The notes under the pieces are model-generated. The model saw only the letters and a program-made list of their open reading frames with translations. It had not been told where the DNA came from and did not search any database. 64,000 nucleotides of DNA from Candidatus Gorgyraea atricola (GTDB taxonomy: Bacteria > Omnitrophota > Gorgyraeia > Gorgyraeales > Gorgyraeaceae), in the NCBI GenBank assembly GCA_030765235.1, contig JAVCCW010000001.1:35172-99171 (forward strand), given 5' to 3'. How positions within the stretch are numbered: the stretch's first letter is position 1; the number at the start of each line of letters is the position of its first letter. Of the stretch, positions 8,301 to 17,456 are shown one piece after another. Both the position numbers and the translations under genes were made by a program.

Positions 8301-10458
8301 AAGCGTCTTCTGCTCTTGGATCATCGAAATTACCTAATGCTTGAGTTGCAGCTTGGCGAACACGGCTTCTTTCATGTTTATCTCCCGATACTTCTATTAG
8401 AAGTCCTATTGCTTTCTCGCTCTGCATTCTGCTTAAACCTTCGGCTGCAGCTTCAAGAATAGCGCTATTTCTAATATTTCTATCCCTTGATCTTAATAGT
8501 CCTATCAAAGTTTTCTCTGCAGATACGCCTCCTATTCTGCCTAAGGCCCTGACAAAAGCCGCTTGACCATCTTTAGCTAATGCATTTTGCAAAGCCTCTA
8601 CTGCTACTTGGTCACCTATCTCTCCTAATATGTAGGCTATTTCTAAACGAACACGAATATCATCACTTGACTTTAACTCCTCTTTTAATAAATTTAAAGC
8701 TGCTTGACCTTGTTCTATTAACAATCCTGATATTGTCCTGACAGCTATTTTATTGCCAGACTCTATTGCCTCTTGCAATTGTTGCATCAAAAGACCTGCC
8801 GTGGCCACATTCTCTCCTGAAGCCAAATAATCTTTGACTGGCTGTAAGGCTTCAGCTAAAATACGCATCTTTTCTTTTCCGACTTCGCCAGCTAAGTCAA
8901 CTTCATTCGGTGTCTTAATCGGCACAAATTGGTCATCCCTGTCTATTACCACAGCAATATAGGGCCAGATTGTTGTAAAATCTCCTGTATAGCGCTCTAA
9001 TTGCAAACCAACATAAATATATTCAGTTGCGCCTATTGTCTCCTCGGTTTCTTTAACATCTATATATACTGGGATATCAACAGCATTGACTATTTCTGTT
9101 AATTCTTCAAAGCTTAATTTCTTATCATACTCATCAGAAAGTTTAAACTGATTAAATAAGCCGTCTACTGAAAGAAGAAACATCCCTGTATTAAAATATG
9201 GGTAAAGCCTCGACACTTCTTCTTTGCTCATTTTATCTACCGATTCACTTGCCTCTTTAGTAAAAGCTGGTTTTTCTACGATCTGTGTTGTCTTTCTGCC
9301 ATCTAGATATGTTATATCAGCATACAAACCGCCTTTTTCTCCTCTATTATCTCCTAACAGCGTCATAAAAACTGGCTCAGGTCTATTTTCTTTTTTGGCC
9401 TTAATGATTTCTTCCTCAAATAAGCCTTTTAATTCATCACTTACCTTACCCGCAGGATTGTTCATATGAGAATAAAAGATAAATTTGGTCTCATTTCTTT
9501 TTAATTCAGCCAATACATTGCTTAGGACAATCCACTTGATAAAATCCCAATGTCCAGCAGGATTAAAAACTAAATTGCCTTTCTGTGTCCTTAAAGGGTC
9601 TCCTGCCTTACCCATTTGAGTAGCAATACCTCTGTCTAATGCTTCTATGGTATTTTGCATATCTGCCCCAGTCATCTTCCCGTCTTTGACAGCTTTTCTT
9701 AATTGTCCTGCTTTTTTCTTTCGATATTCTTTCAGGAATTTATCAGTAGGATTAAGACGGATCTGCATGCCTTGTTTAAACACCTTCACGTTTTCTTTGC
9801 CATAACCAAAGTAATCATTGTCTTTCAATAGTTCTTTTACTGTATCTGCAGTTTGAAAGCTTACCATTATAACTTCGTCTTGCTGTAACTCAGGGTCATT
9901 AGCAGCTCTTTTTAAATCATCCCTGGCTTTAGCTGCTGCAGCAAACTTTAGCTCCAGAAATGAATGAGGATTAGCGTCGAGTCCTGGTATCACAAAACTA
10001 AAAGCGGCATTAAACAATCCTTTTGTCCTGGTAGAAAGGCCTCCTGCAGAAAAAGCAGAAGCACTTTTTATCTTTTTGCCAAGAGCAGTCCATCTAATGA
10101 TATCTTCCGTAGACTGTTTTCCCATAATTATTGCTTCGGAAGAACCCCGCATACTGCCTTTAATAGCATTGTTTTCGTAAGGAGTCATTCCTTGCCTTAT
10201 CTTTTCTTGAAATACCAGATTAATATCCTCTTCGGTCTCGTGATATTTATATTCTTTGAGTAGTTCTTGCTCATCTTGGATAATCTGAAGTTTCTCTAAT
10301 GTTTTTTTCTTGATCGGAATCCTTAAAGCAGTAGATTTATTGCAGGAATGTAATGGATAGGCGGTATTAGTCGAAAGAAATACTCCAACTAGAATAATGG
10401 CTATAACTTTGATGAAAGGAATTTTGATTTTATTTCTATGGCTCATTAGAATTGGCAT
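5380..10458 (-). CDS. Giant protein: signal-like leader + LRxxI motif, UDP-sugar pyrophosphorylase-like domain, HEAT repeats, NAD-dependent epimerase/dehydratase, unknown C-terminal region
   Basis: 1692-aa ORF. UGPase-like motifs AGGLSTR, NPAGHWD, YFNTG, LERYTGD, FVPIK; HEAT-like VRxxAxxALG repeats; extended SDR motifs GAAGMIG, ASTSS, YEFMK, RDVIFVSD. Confidence 0.8.
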   Translation of the reverse strand: MPILMSHRNKIKIPFIKVIAIILVGVFLSTNTAYPLHSCNKSTALRIPIKKKTLEKLQIIQDEQELLKEYKYHETEEDINLVFQEKIRQGMTPYENNAIKGSMRGSSEAIIMGKQSTEDIIRWTALGKKIKSASAFSAGGLSTRTKGLFNAAFSFVIPGLDANPHSFLELKFAAAAKARDDLKRAANDPELQQDEVIMVSFQTADTVKELLKDNDYFGYGKENVKVFKQGMQIRLNPTDKFLKEYRKKKAGQLRKAVKDGKMTGADMQNTIEALDRGIATQMGKAGDPLRTQKGNLVFNPAGHWDFIKWIVLSNVLAELKRNETKFIFYSHMNNPAGKVSDELKGLFEEEIIKAKKENRPEPVFMTLLGDNRGEKGGLYADITYLDGRKTTQIVEKPAFTKEASESVDKMSKEEVSRLYPYFNTGMFLLSVDGLFNQFKLSDEYDKKLSFEELTEIVNAVDIPVYIDVKETEETIGATEYIYVGLQLERYTGDFTTIWPYIAVVIDRDDQFVPIKTPNEVDLAGEVGKEKMRILAEALQPVKDYLASGENVATAGLLMQQLQEAIESGNKIAVRTISGLLIEQGQAALNLLKEELKSSDDIRVRLEIAYILGEIGDQVAVEALQNALAKDGQAAFVRALGRIGGVSAEKTLIGLLRSRDRNIRNSAILEAAAEGLSRMQSEKAIGLLIEVSGDKHERSRVRQAATQALGNFDDPRAEDALNNTLSNDSDPLVRKASAIGLRVKESINRVTVKGKTLALLTPAKKMKAIGHNRPKKYASFPSDVNNPVGNGVHVLFKNDNEPIKPGTKVVIGAAGMIGYEAALQLVNQDEEVVTVDNLLLGSPANDNIPGVKLLRQDSSSFCRQYRPEDYKKINGIVYLGGYSSEPQFVTRGFPQWLNWTGSPEEIAIKWNKMVDELSGSRKIDKITPEEVMYARINTKAEFGELLRILYNDFSPELALYAGRFPHCVTQEVLTSLYEFKTVMDLAVMYDIRTVFASTSSFCKLFPIGELVSEVPTLDILDKFVEIKDNHLEEKKWITPYEFMKLSMELVAKHYHHEYEADVYASRNFSVYNAGRQELQKGRNANMVAQTIWAIENNQSVPIFIMPGDFGRDVIFVSDLAKGILHILKHAKWEGTPENSAAVFNVGLKKVWGINEMIASIMRALSMGDLEKNIAYRMPTPGFPGTMIGDSSKIQSIGWKFDYPFEKALRHIFFANETEYEADVKKWESEHKPVAINKVQLTEDIGFKEIAAKVYKNGVYVLLLNEDDSLRGLYTDRKKIGLPDIKIYQGQDLYEDKDKPDVCTKNTGKIEEVAWTKWSFDYEQKVVPLRYDAENRSLVFLNGSNEISVGRQLGWVSEEVEQDSNAIERSVSHQIEDLVAKRVLKKAVEGVYLTLDDNVLLIYNQKNDNVELVVAKPHAGVMSDPITNSTIVRGLIKDDSYEGQQLCKLHAGNMDFVIDEEGRPRWIEFPEEIHLAEESTALVALNKDSNKFTVLGRNTTTAISTVLMLGGDTVEQIQERLRSGRDRDRNFLGENDDLKEELIKANIEVIDEQNLSHLKLGRVLVNGIALLDRVVGPGGMLAKPVRFYDRYTHFNFEISHEQSDRIASAFNERPTLSLRGKYRIKNLDTGKEIIFHGLLGENIIRWGFYGGPGAAEHFKIERKDLIELLGYNRTHLVLDFVDNLKTIKVRMGDL

Positions 10459-10461
10459 ATT

Positions 10462-13400
10462 TTATAATTGATCTCTAGTATCAGGAAACCCTGATAATTG
10501 TTCTGTAAATGTACCGCTATCTTTAATAAACAATTCCGAAACGCTTGGAGCAGATAATACCCTAAGAGGGTACCCTTTTATGCACTGCTGCCAGCGAGGA
10601 CTCTTCTTTAACACATCTAAGAGTTTTATTTTTCTCTCATCCCCATCAATAGAAGCCTCACCATCTTCTACTAACTGTGTAGCCTCGATCCTATCTAGTC
10701 CGATAGACATAGACTCTATCCTGCCGATAAGCTCATCTTTGGTGATAGACCTCATGTTAAATAGATCTGCCACACCCTCACCTAATTGACTGTACTCTTT
10801 TATGTCCTTCCATGATAAATCCCATTTGTAATAAGCCCATTCTGTCAATCCCATATGATGACTCATCAGTTGCCGCATTTCTTCATTTTCAAAAATTTCC
10901 TTCAGCGGAGTATTTTCCATCTTGAAAATCTTACCATCAGATAGGTCAATATAAGCAGCTCCAGCATCTTCAAAACCACCAGTGCCTTCTTTTCTGGAAA
11001 CCTTAGCATCTATCAGCAATAACCTGCCATATGTCCCGACCTTGCTTATATGCCCCCCCATAATTAAATCCACATCGCAATCCTTTGCCATCCTCTGGGT
11101 GAGCATTTCGCCACTAAATGAGAAGCTTTTATCTTTTACACCAGTAAACTTATATACCGGATTATCCGACTCACCTTCGTTCAGAAAACTAAAACCAGAG
11201 AAATTCTTTACCTTAAGATAAAGCAGGGCATATTCTCCCATGGCCAAATTTGTATGTGCCCATTGAATAAGCTCTTCGTTATCAATATCTTCCCTTAGTC
11301 TTTCCCACATAAACTGAGCAAACTGCAAGAAGGTAAATCCTTTGATAAGATATTTCTTACCACTCTTGCGGTAATTATCCTTCTGAACTTTTAACTCTTT
11401 TATCTTAGCCCATTTTAAGAATTCCTTGAAATCTATGCGCTCTACTTCATACTCATGAACGCTCTTGTCTTGATCCATTGCCCAGGGCACGGTATGCATA
11501 AGAAGAATCTTTTCAGAGCCGGCCTCGACGATTTTATATAAATCACTTCTAAGCACGTCTTTCACTAATTTCTTGGCTTCAGGGCTCTTTTTAATATTCT
11601 CGGTTATCTCCTGCATAATCCCCTGCCAGTCCTCTGAAAGAATAGCCAAAGGACGATGCTTTTTTATAGCTTCTTTTATCTCATCTATGCTTCTATATTT
11701 ATTTGCATTTTCCTCAGACATCAAAGGCCAAAGATACTCAATGCGAGTTTTAGCAAACTGATAATCATCCGTTTCTGCTATTGAAATCAAATAAATCATT
11801 AATGCTGCTAATTCTGCTTTTGATTTTGGACCTCTCTTACTGATACCTGTAGCTTCATCTATTTTATTCTTCTCTTTTTCTTCTTCTATGCTAATTCCTT
11901 CATAACTTTTTTCAGCCAGGTTTTTGAATTTCTCTATAAGTTTTCGATCGATGCCTAAGTATCCTATCATATTATCCATTGCCTCTTTGCCATAGCGATA
12001 TCCATGCAAAATAGCATGGGTAATATAATCTGGTCTTCCTAAAGCAGCCAGCATAAACCAGAGGTCATGATTGCCAACCAGGATATCGGCCTCTTTCCAC
12101 ATCTCAGGAGCAATCCATGCAGGCCCCCTGTCAACCCAATCTCCAAGTATAGCCATCTTCACCTTACCTTTATATGTATTCTTTAAGGCCTTAAATAAGA
12201 CATTAATGGTTACAGTAGTACCATGCGGATCGCTAACAATAAAATACGTTTCCTTTTCCTGATCTAAATCTTTTACTGCGTCTTTTAAAGGCGTTAACCT
12301 ATCGCTATGAGTCTTTGTTCCTATAGTATATAAATACGCATACTTGGTTTCCGCATTGTATCTAAACAAAGTGATTGTTTTTTCATCTATAGATATGGAA
12401 TCCAGTGGTAAATGTTCAGCTGATGACAGCTGTATCTCCTGATAAGATACCCAGCCTTGTGTCTTGACGACCTTGCTGTATTCATTTGGATCTTTAGTAA
12501 ACAGAAATATCTTTTTTCCCTGCGTACGAGCATACGTAAATGTCCGTGATGTACAATTTTTATCTGAAGGTGGCCAGACCCAAATAATAAAATCGTCTTT
12601 CCCTAACTGCTCCATCATCCATTGCCCTCTTGCCGACCCCGTATCTCTCAAAGATCGTAAACCAATGATTCTATCATCAGGAGTCATTTCAAATTTGACC
12701 CCTTTGGACTCCAGATGTGGCTTTAATTCATGCGCTGTTAGGTTGTCAATGCTCTTTCCCAGCCCAACATGATTTAAATACTCTTGCGCTTCAGCTTTGG
12801 TAATTTTGTTTCTTTCAACATTAGCATAACTCTTTATTGTGTTCCCATCTACCAATCTCCATGGCCTTACATCTCTCTTATCTCTTCCCTGGCCCACCAT
12901 TGTAACTCGATTTCCCTTGCCTCGCTGTACCATTGTGCCTACAACTATCCGATCTATCCCCTGAGGATCTTCTCCGACCAATACCTCAACATTCCCCCTA
13001 TCAGCTAAAAGTTCAGCTACATCCCTTGCAAACTTTTTAGCATCATCATCCAGGTAATCACGGGTACCACCAAAAAGCACCTTTATCTTTAAATCCTTCT
13101 TCGCATCAAGGTATTCTTTAATATAAACTACATCACGCATAAGATGAATATTTTCTATAGGCGCTTTGCCTTTTATGGTTTCCAGATGTTGCTGGATTTC
13201 TGCAAGGGCGGGGATGCTGGGCGTTAGAATAGTTGTCTTGACTGTCTCCGCTTTTGGATGCTGAGGCTCAACATAAGTCACCTTTTCCTCATCAATAGAG
13301 AATATCTTTTTGCCTTCACCCTGTGCGTATTTAAATGTCCTGGATGTGTGTGAATCGCCTGTAGCAAAGAGCCAAACAACAGAGTCATCTTTTTCTTTGA

Positions 13401-15369
13401 GCTGATCTATTGTCCAGCGGCCTCGCATTGACTGTTTATCTCTATAACTTAGGCCACTTGTCATAGAAGATGGAACTAACTCAAAACTGACTCCTTCTGA
13501 CTCTAAGTGTCTTTTTATCTCCCCATAAGAGAGTCCATAAATATCTTTTACGATCCCGATAGCTTTTAAATATTCATTAACTTCACTTTTACTGAGGTCT
13601 CCTCTAGAGATATATCTTTTTAGCATGGTCTCATTGGTAACTCTCCATATCTCATCGTCTTTTACACCTACAATCACAAGACTGGATGGTTTACCTGTTT
13701 TAAAAAATGCTGCTATAGCCAGCCTATCTATGCTTGTAGGATCATCGCCGATAATTAACCGAACATTTTTATTCTGGGCTATAAGATTCGCAAAGACATC
13801 GATAAAAGATTCACCTTTAGTACCTAGATTCCTGCTTCCGCCAAAGAATATAGACGCTTTGCCTTTTATGGTTTCCAGATGTTGCTGGATTTCTGCAAGG
13901 GCGGGGATGCTGGGCGTTATATTTGGATTGGAGGCAAGGGATGTAGAAGGTTTGATATTAATTATATATTGTCCTTCTTTCTCTTCTATCACAAAATCTC
14001 CGTGTGTCTTTTCGATCTCAAGTGCCTTCCTGATATTTTCAACAGTAAGCCAATCTATCTCACTCGAGATTTTTTTTACTATATCTTGCGGCATCTTTTT
14101 TATAATTTTTGGGATTATTTTGTGAACTATCTCTTCTAGTTCTTTGTTGTTTTTCGCTGCCTCAGTCGCTGTAAGCAAAGTATATCTAAAGCTAGAAGCA
14201 CCTGAACATTCTATTCCCAGATCCATAAGCAGCTCCAATTGCTCCATATCTTTTGCTATATCAGATACTTCTGACAGCATAAGGCCGATTATACCTGCGT
14301 CGCCTTTGGTAAATCTTATGCTTAAATTGGGCAGCTGATTACACATATCTTTTAGTTCAGTTGTATTCTGTGCCAGTTTAGCTGCTGCGGAAACACCCCA
14401 TCTTCTAAAGGGATTATCAAGGTCTATATTATTCTTGTCGAATTCTATATTTAACTTAAGTAAATAATCACACATATCTTTTAGTTCAGTTGTATTCTGT
14501 GACACTTTTACTACTACTAGCATGTGAAGCTCTAAAGTATGACCAGGATATATTTTATTTTTAGCGAATTTTCTTGCAAGGCTGCGAATAAGTTTCAATG
14601 CATTCTTTCTTTCGGTGGCAATTGTGAACTTTTCATTTATCGCTTTTTCCACTGTTTTCCACTCCTTAAATATCCACCCAGGTCTTGTGCTAAATACCGC
14701 GCCTTTCTCTTCCAATGCCACAAGTGCAGCTTGGCCTCTAGGATCTTCCACATCCTTAACTATAACCATCAATTCTGGGATAGATTTTTCTTTTCCATAT
14801 AATCCCATAAATTCTTTTACCAGCATAACCTGTTTATATAAATCCTCTTTTTCTGTGACTATGTTTCCTTCTCTATCTTCATTGTATCTATCTAAAATAT
14901 TTTTTGTCTCAACAAAATCAAATATAGGAGCTTCTTTTAAAATTACAGAAACTACTTTATCATCTTGCATATAAGTAATACCTGTTATAGCCTCCTCATT
15001 AAATTCCAGATGAGATTCTATGGAAGAAATTAAAGCAACTATCTTGGTTCCATCCTTTCTTTCTGCTATAGAAGCCTTTCCTTCATCGATCAACTTTTGA
15101 ACTCTATCTTTAGACATTGCTTTTTCAGGATATAGAGAGGCGACTTCTTTAACTGTAGCAAGATAATTTAATGCTTCTTCTGATGTTAGGTATCTTGAAA
15201 GGTCATATTTTCTTAAAAATAACGCTTTTTGGGTCTCTTGTATGCGCTCATCATTCCTGCGACTATCCAGCCTCACCCTAAGATTTTCAGATAAATCATC
15301 AGAAAGCGCGTATGAAGAATTTGCAAGTAGAAAAGTTACGAGGATTATAAAACTTATCGTTTTCCCCAT
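10462..15369 (-). CDS. Giant protein: signal-like leader + LRxxL motif, helical repeats, two SLOG(YspA/DUF2493)-like domains, class III fructose-1,6-bisphosphatase-like metallophosphoesterase
   Basis: Start moved to ATG 15369 (MGKTIS) after a GGGGG RBS. GGSRN/GGTRD...SRTF.YA..GKKI occurs twice. SDPHG, GDWVDRGP, GNHDLWFMLAALG and GRLLLID resemble Firmicutes-type FBPase. Confidence 0.75.
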   Translation of the reverse strand: MGKTISFIILVTFLLANSSYALSDDLSENLRVRLDSRRNDERIQETQKALFLRKYDLSRYLTSEEALNYLATVKEVASLYPEKAMSKDRVQKLIDEGKASIAERKDGTKIVALISSIESHLEFNEEAITGITYMQDDKVVSVILKEAPIFDFVETKNILDRYNEDREGNIVTEKEDLYKQVMLVKEFMGLYGKEKSIPELMVIVKDVEDPRGQAALVALEEKGAVFSTRPGWIFKEWKTVEKAINEKFTIATERKNALKLIRSLARKFAKNKIYPGHTLELHMLVVVKVSQNTTELKDMCDYLLKLNIEFDKNNIDLDNPFRRWGVSAAAKLAQNTTELKDMCNQLPNLSIRFTKGDAGIIGLMLSEVSDIAKDMEQLELLMDLGIECSGASSFRYTLLTATEAAKNNKELEEIVHKIIPKIIKKMPQDIVKKISSEIDWLTVENIRKALEIEKTHGDFVIEEKEGQYIINIKPSTSLASNPNITPSIPALAEIQQHLETIKGKASIFFGGSRNLGTKGESFIDVFANLIAQNKNVRLIIGDDPTSIDRLAIAAFFKTGKPSSLVIVGVKDDEIWRVTNETMLKRYISRGDLSKSEVNEYLKAIGIVKDIYGLSYGEIKRHLESEGVSFELVPSSMTSGLSYRDKQSMRGRWTIDQLKEKDDSVVWLFATGDSHTSRTFKYAQGEGKKIFSIDEEKVTYVEPQHPKAETVKTTILTPSIPALAEIQQHLETIKGKAPIENIHLMRDVVYIKEYLDAKKDLKIKVLFGGTRDYLDDDAKKFARDVAELLADRGNVEVLVGEDPQGIDRIVVGTMVQRGKGNRVTMVGQGRDKRDVRPWRLVDGNTIKSYANVERNKITKAEAQEYLNHVGLGKSIDNLTAHELKPHLESKGVKFEMTPDDRIIGLRSLRDTGSARGQWMMEQLGKDDFIIWVWPPSDKNCTSRTFTYARTQGKKIFLFTKDPNEYSKVVKTQGWVSYQEIQLSSAEHLPLDSISIDEKTITLFRYNAETKYAYLYTIGTKTHSDRLTPLKDAVKDLDQEKETYFIVSDPHGTTVTINVLFKALKNTYKGKVKMAILGDWVDRGPAWIAPEMWKEADILVGNHDLWFMLAALGRPDYITHAILHGYRYGKEAMDNMIGYLGIDRKLIEKFKNLAEKSYEGISIEEEKEKNKIDEATGISKRGPKSKAELAALMIYLISIAETDDYQFAKTRIEYLWPLMSEENANKYRSIDEIKEAIKKHRPLAILSEDWQGIMQEITENIKKSPEAKKLVKDVLRSDLYKIVEAGSEKILLMHTVPWAMDQDKSVHEYEVERIDFKEFLKWAKIKELKVQKDNYRKSGKKYLIKGFTFLQFAQFMWERLREDIDNEELIQWAHTNLAMGEYALLYLKVKNFSGFSFLNEGESDNPVYKFTGVKDKSFSFSGEMLTQRMAKDCDVDLIMGGHISKVGTYGRLLLIDAKVSRKEGTGGFEDAGAAYIDLSDGKIFKMENTPLKEIFENEEMRQLMSHHMGLTEWAYYKWDLSWKDIKEYSQLGEGVADLFNMRSITKDELIGRIESMSIGLDRIEATQLVEDGEASIDGDERKIKLLDVLKKSPRWQQCIKGYPLRVLSAPSVSELFIKDSGTFTEQLSGFPDTRDQL
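13162..13226. repeat. 65-bp exact direct repeat, copy 1 (encodes TPSIPALAEIQQHLETIKGKA)
   Basis: Identical to 13855-13919. Confidence 0.95.
13855..13919. repeat. 65-bp exact direct repeat, copy 2
   Basis: Identical to 13162-13226. Confidence 0.95.
14341..14501. repeat. 32-bp exact direct repeat pair (QNTTELKDMC), 129 bp apart
   Basis: acacatatcttttagttcagttgtattctgtg at 14341-14372 and 14470-14501. Confidence 0.9.
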
Positions 15370-15485
15370 CTTCTTGCCCCCCCTTAATAATACTTTGTTA
15401 AGGTCTAACATAATAGAGTCAAAAAAATAGTCTTGCTTTATTCACAAAAGGCTATATTGGGTTGGTTTTATTCGTTTATAAGTTA

Positions 15486-15514
15486 AGTATACCACGGAAA
15501 ACGGTTTCTTTCAA
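15486..15514 (-). promoter_or_regulatory. Sigma70 promoter for the giant-gene pair
   Basis: TTGAAA-gaaaccgttttccgtgg(17)-TATACT, with extended -10 TG. Confidence 0.7.
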
Positions 15515-15556
15515 GAAAAATCTTAGAGGTATAGCGTAAGATTGGAAATAGTGCGT

Positions 15557-16780
15557 CTATAGCGTTACCACATCATTCTCGTTATAGAGCGAGAGGAATA
15601 GGAGCATATATTCCTTTAAATGGCGGGTCAGGAGGAAGTTTTGTCTTATGTGCTCGCGGCCGTTCTCGCCAAGTTTCTTAGCATAGTCAGGCGCGTTCAA
15701 GAGCTGTTTTATGGCAAATGCCGCGCCTTCTATAGTGTGGCATAAAAGTCCGCCGTATTTGTGCTTTATCTGTAGAGGTATGCCTCCTACAGCTGATGCA
15801 ACAACTGGCTTACCTTTCCATAAGGCCTCTGAAACAGTAAGAGCAAAACCCTCTCTCAAGGACTTCTGAACAACCACATCTGCGACTCTCTGAAATACAT
15901 TTATCTCATAAGGAATATCTTCGACAAGCAATGCGTGGATATCAGGATCATTTCCTTTTGCCTCAAGGACCTGCTTGTATATCTTATCTGTCTCAGGATC
16001 ATCTGCTGCGCGATTCCCCACCAGAAGAAGCTGGCAATCTACGTATTTCTTTACCAGTTTATACGCCTCTATAACTCCCACAGGATCTTTGAGCGCGTCA
16101 TATCGGGAGATCTGGCACACGATAGGCTTTGCCTGCGGGTCGATCTTGTATTTATTCAATACCGTATCTATTTCCTTCTGTGTGACCTCTCTATTCTTAT
16201 CGCTAAAAGGGTCTATGGATGGTGATATTAAGATCTGTCGCGGTTTCATGGTGTGAGAAAAATGCGCGCTGGAAAATACCGCGGTATCATACTTATTAAA
16301 AAATCCTTCCAGGAAATGCCAGACATTTTTTTCTGGCTTTGAAACATCCACGTGACAACGCCATATCCATTTGCTATTTTTCATCTTAGGCTTTCTCTTG
16401 ATCAATGCTATGGGCTGCGGGTCGTGTATGAACATGATGTCCCCATACAGATTCATCTCTCTTATATTCTGCGCGCTGATATCATTAAAGATATCCCACA
16501 TCTTATTCGTAATCCTGGCTTCTTTTCCATGCAGGGCATTATGCATACTCTTTGTAACATCAAAAAAATCTGGAGAGCCCTTTATTACGTCCCACTGCGC
16601 GCTGACCTTGAGTTCCTGCATAAGAGGCGTGATCTTGGAGAGTATCTCAGCTACACCCCCGCCCATAGCAGTGGAATTGATATGCTGTATGGTCTTGCCC
16701 TTTAGATAGCCGGCAAGCATCCTTAGCTCATCTACAGTGCTTTTCCCAACTACCTCTTCGTATCTTTCAAGCATTGACAT
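15557..16780 (-). CDS. treT: TreT-like trehalose synthase, GT4 glycosyltransferase
   Basis: INST.MGGGVAEIL, HNALHG, IHDPQP, WRCHVD, SRYDALKDP and EGFALTVSEALWK motifs. Confidence 0.82.
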   Translation of the reverse strand: MSMLERYEEVVGKSTVDELRMLAGYLKGKTIQHINSTAMGGGVAEILSKITPLMQELKVSAQWDVIKGSPDFFDVTKSMHNALHGKEARITNKMWDIFNDISAQNIREMNLYGDIMFIHDPQPIALIKRKPKMKNSKWIWRCHVDVSKPEKNVWHFLEGFFNKYDTAVFSSAHFSHTMKPRQILISPSIDPFSDKNREVTQKEIDTVLNKYKIDPQAKPIVCQISRYDALKDPVGVIEAYKLVKKYVDCQLLLVGNRAADDPETDKIYKQVLEAKGNDPDIHALLVEDIPYEINVFQRVADVVVQKSLREGFALTVSEALWKGKPVVASAVGGIPLQIKHKYGGLLCHTIEGAAFAIKQLLNAPDYAKKLGENGREHIRQNFLLTRHLKEYMLLFLSLYNENDVVTL

Positions 16781-17441
16781 TTTTTAATCTCTCTTCCACT
16801 AGATCTATTATCTTCTTCCTTAAATCTTCCATTGTATATGTATACGGATCCAGGGACTGCAGTTTATACGCAAGTTCCTTCTCTCCTAAAGACGTGCCCA
16901 GCCAGAAAGAAAAATCATTCGTCTCTTTGTCCAGGCGAAGCCTAGCCTCAAACATGTGAAAATATATTGAATTAACCGTGATCTTCTCCAATATCTCCAA
17001 AAAATCCTTGAGGGTCTTTGCCACATATGGCGTGGTTATAATAAAACTGATGCTCTTTATAAAATGAAATCTCTTCTCAGGCGAGGCAAATCTCAGCTTT
17101 ACACTAGGACATCCTTTTATGTGTTCGCTTATGATCCTTACTATCTCGTTCCTCAATAGTCTTATGGTATGGAACTGGATCGTGTCAATACTCGCGACCT
17201 TCTCTGCCAGCACATCTTCATTTAGGGCGCTCGCTATCCAATAGCTAAAATCATTCGGAGGTTCAGGGGAAAGACTTTCGTGCTGCTGCAGGAAATGATG
17301 GGTATGATAGTAAATAGATGAGCCAGGTACCTTTTTAATAAGATCCAAGAGCTCTGTTATATTAGAGGCCTTGAGACTCGTGAGGACTCTTAGATGAAGA
17401 CGCGTAGAAAATCTGAAGCTCTTGTCATTATCTTTGCCCAT
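16767..17441 (-). CDS. DUF5752-like protein associated with TreT
   Basis: Internally duplicated SIYYH...NDFSYW / SIYFH...NDFSFW units, next to treT. Confidence 0.75.
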   Translation of the reverse strand: MGKDNDKSFRFSTRLHLRVLTSLKASNITELLDLIKKVPGSSIYYHTHHFLQQHESLSPEPPNDFSYWIASALNEDVLAEKVASIDTIQFHTIRLLRNEIVRIISEHIKGCPSVKLRFASPEKRFHFIKSISFIITTPYVAKTLKDFLEILEKITVNSIYFHMFEARLRLDKETNDFSFWLGTSLGEKELAYKLQSLDPYTYTMEDLRKKIIDLVEERLKNVNA

Positions 17442-17456
17442 ATGAAATGAATTCTA

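Noticed and set aside
13162-13919. Diversity-generating retroelement TR/VR pair
   Set aside because: The copies are identical with no adenine-specific differences, and there is no reverse transcriptase in the window.
15421-15456. Leader terminator before the giant gene starting at 15369
   Set aside because: A U-run is present, but the stem is short and mismatched on the sense strand.
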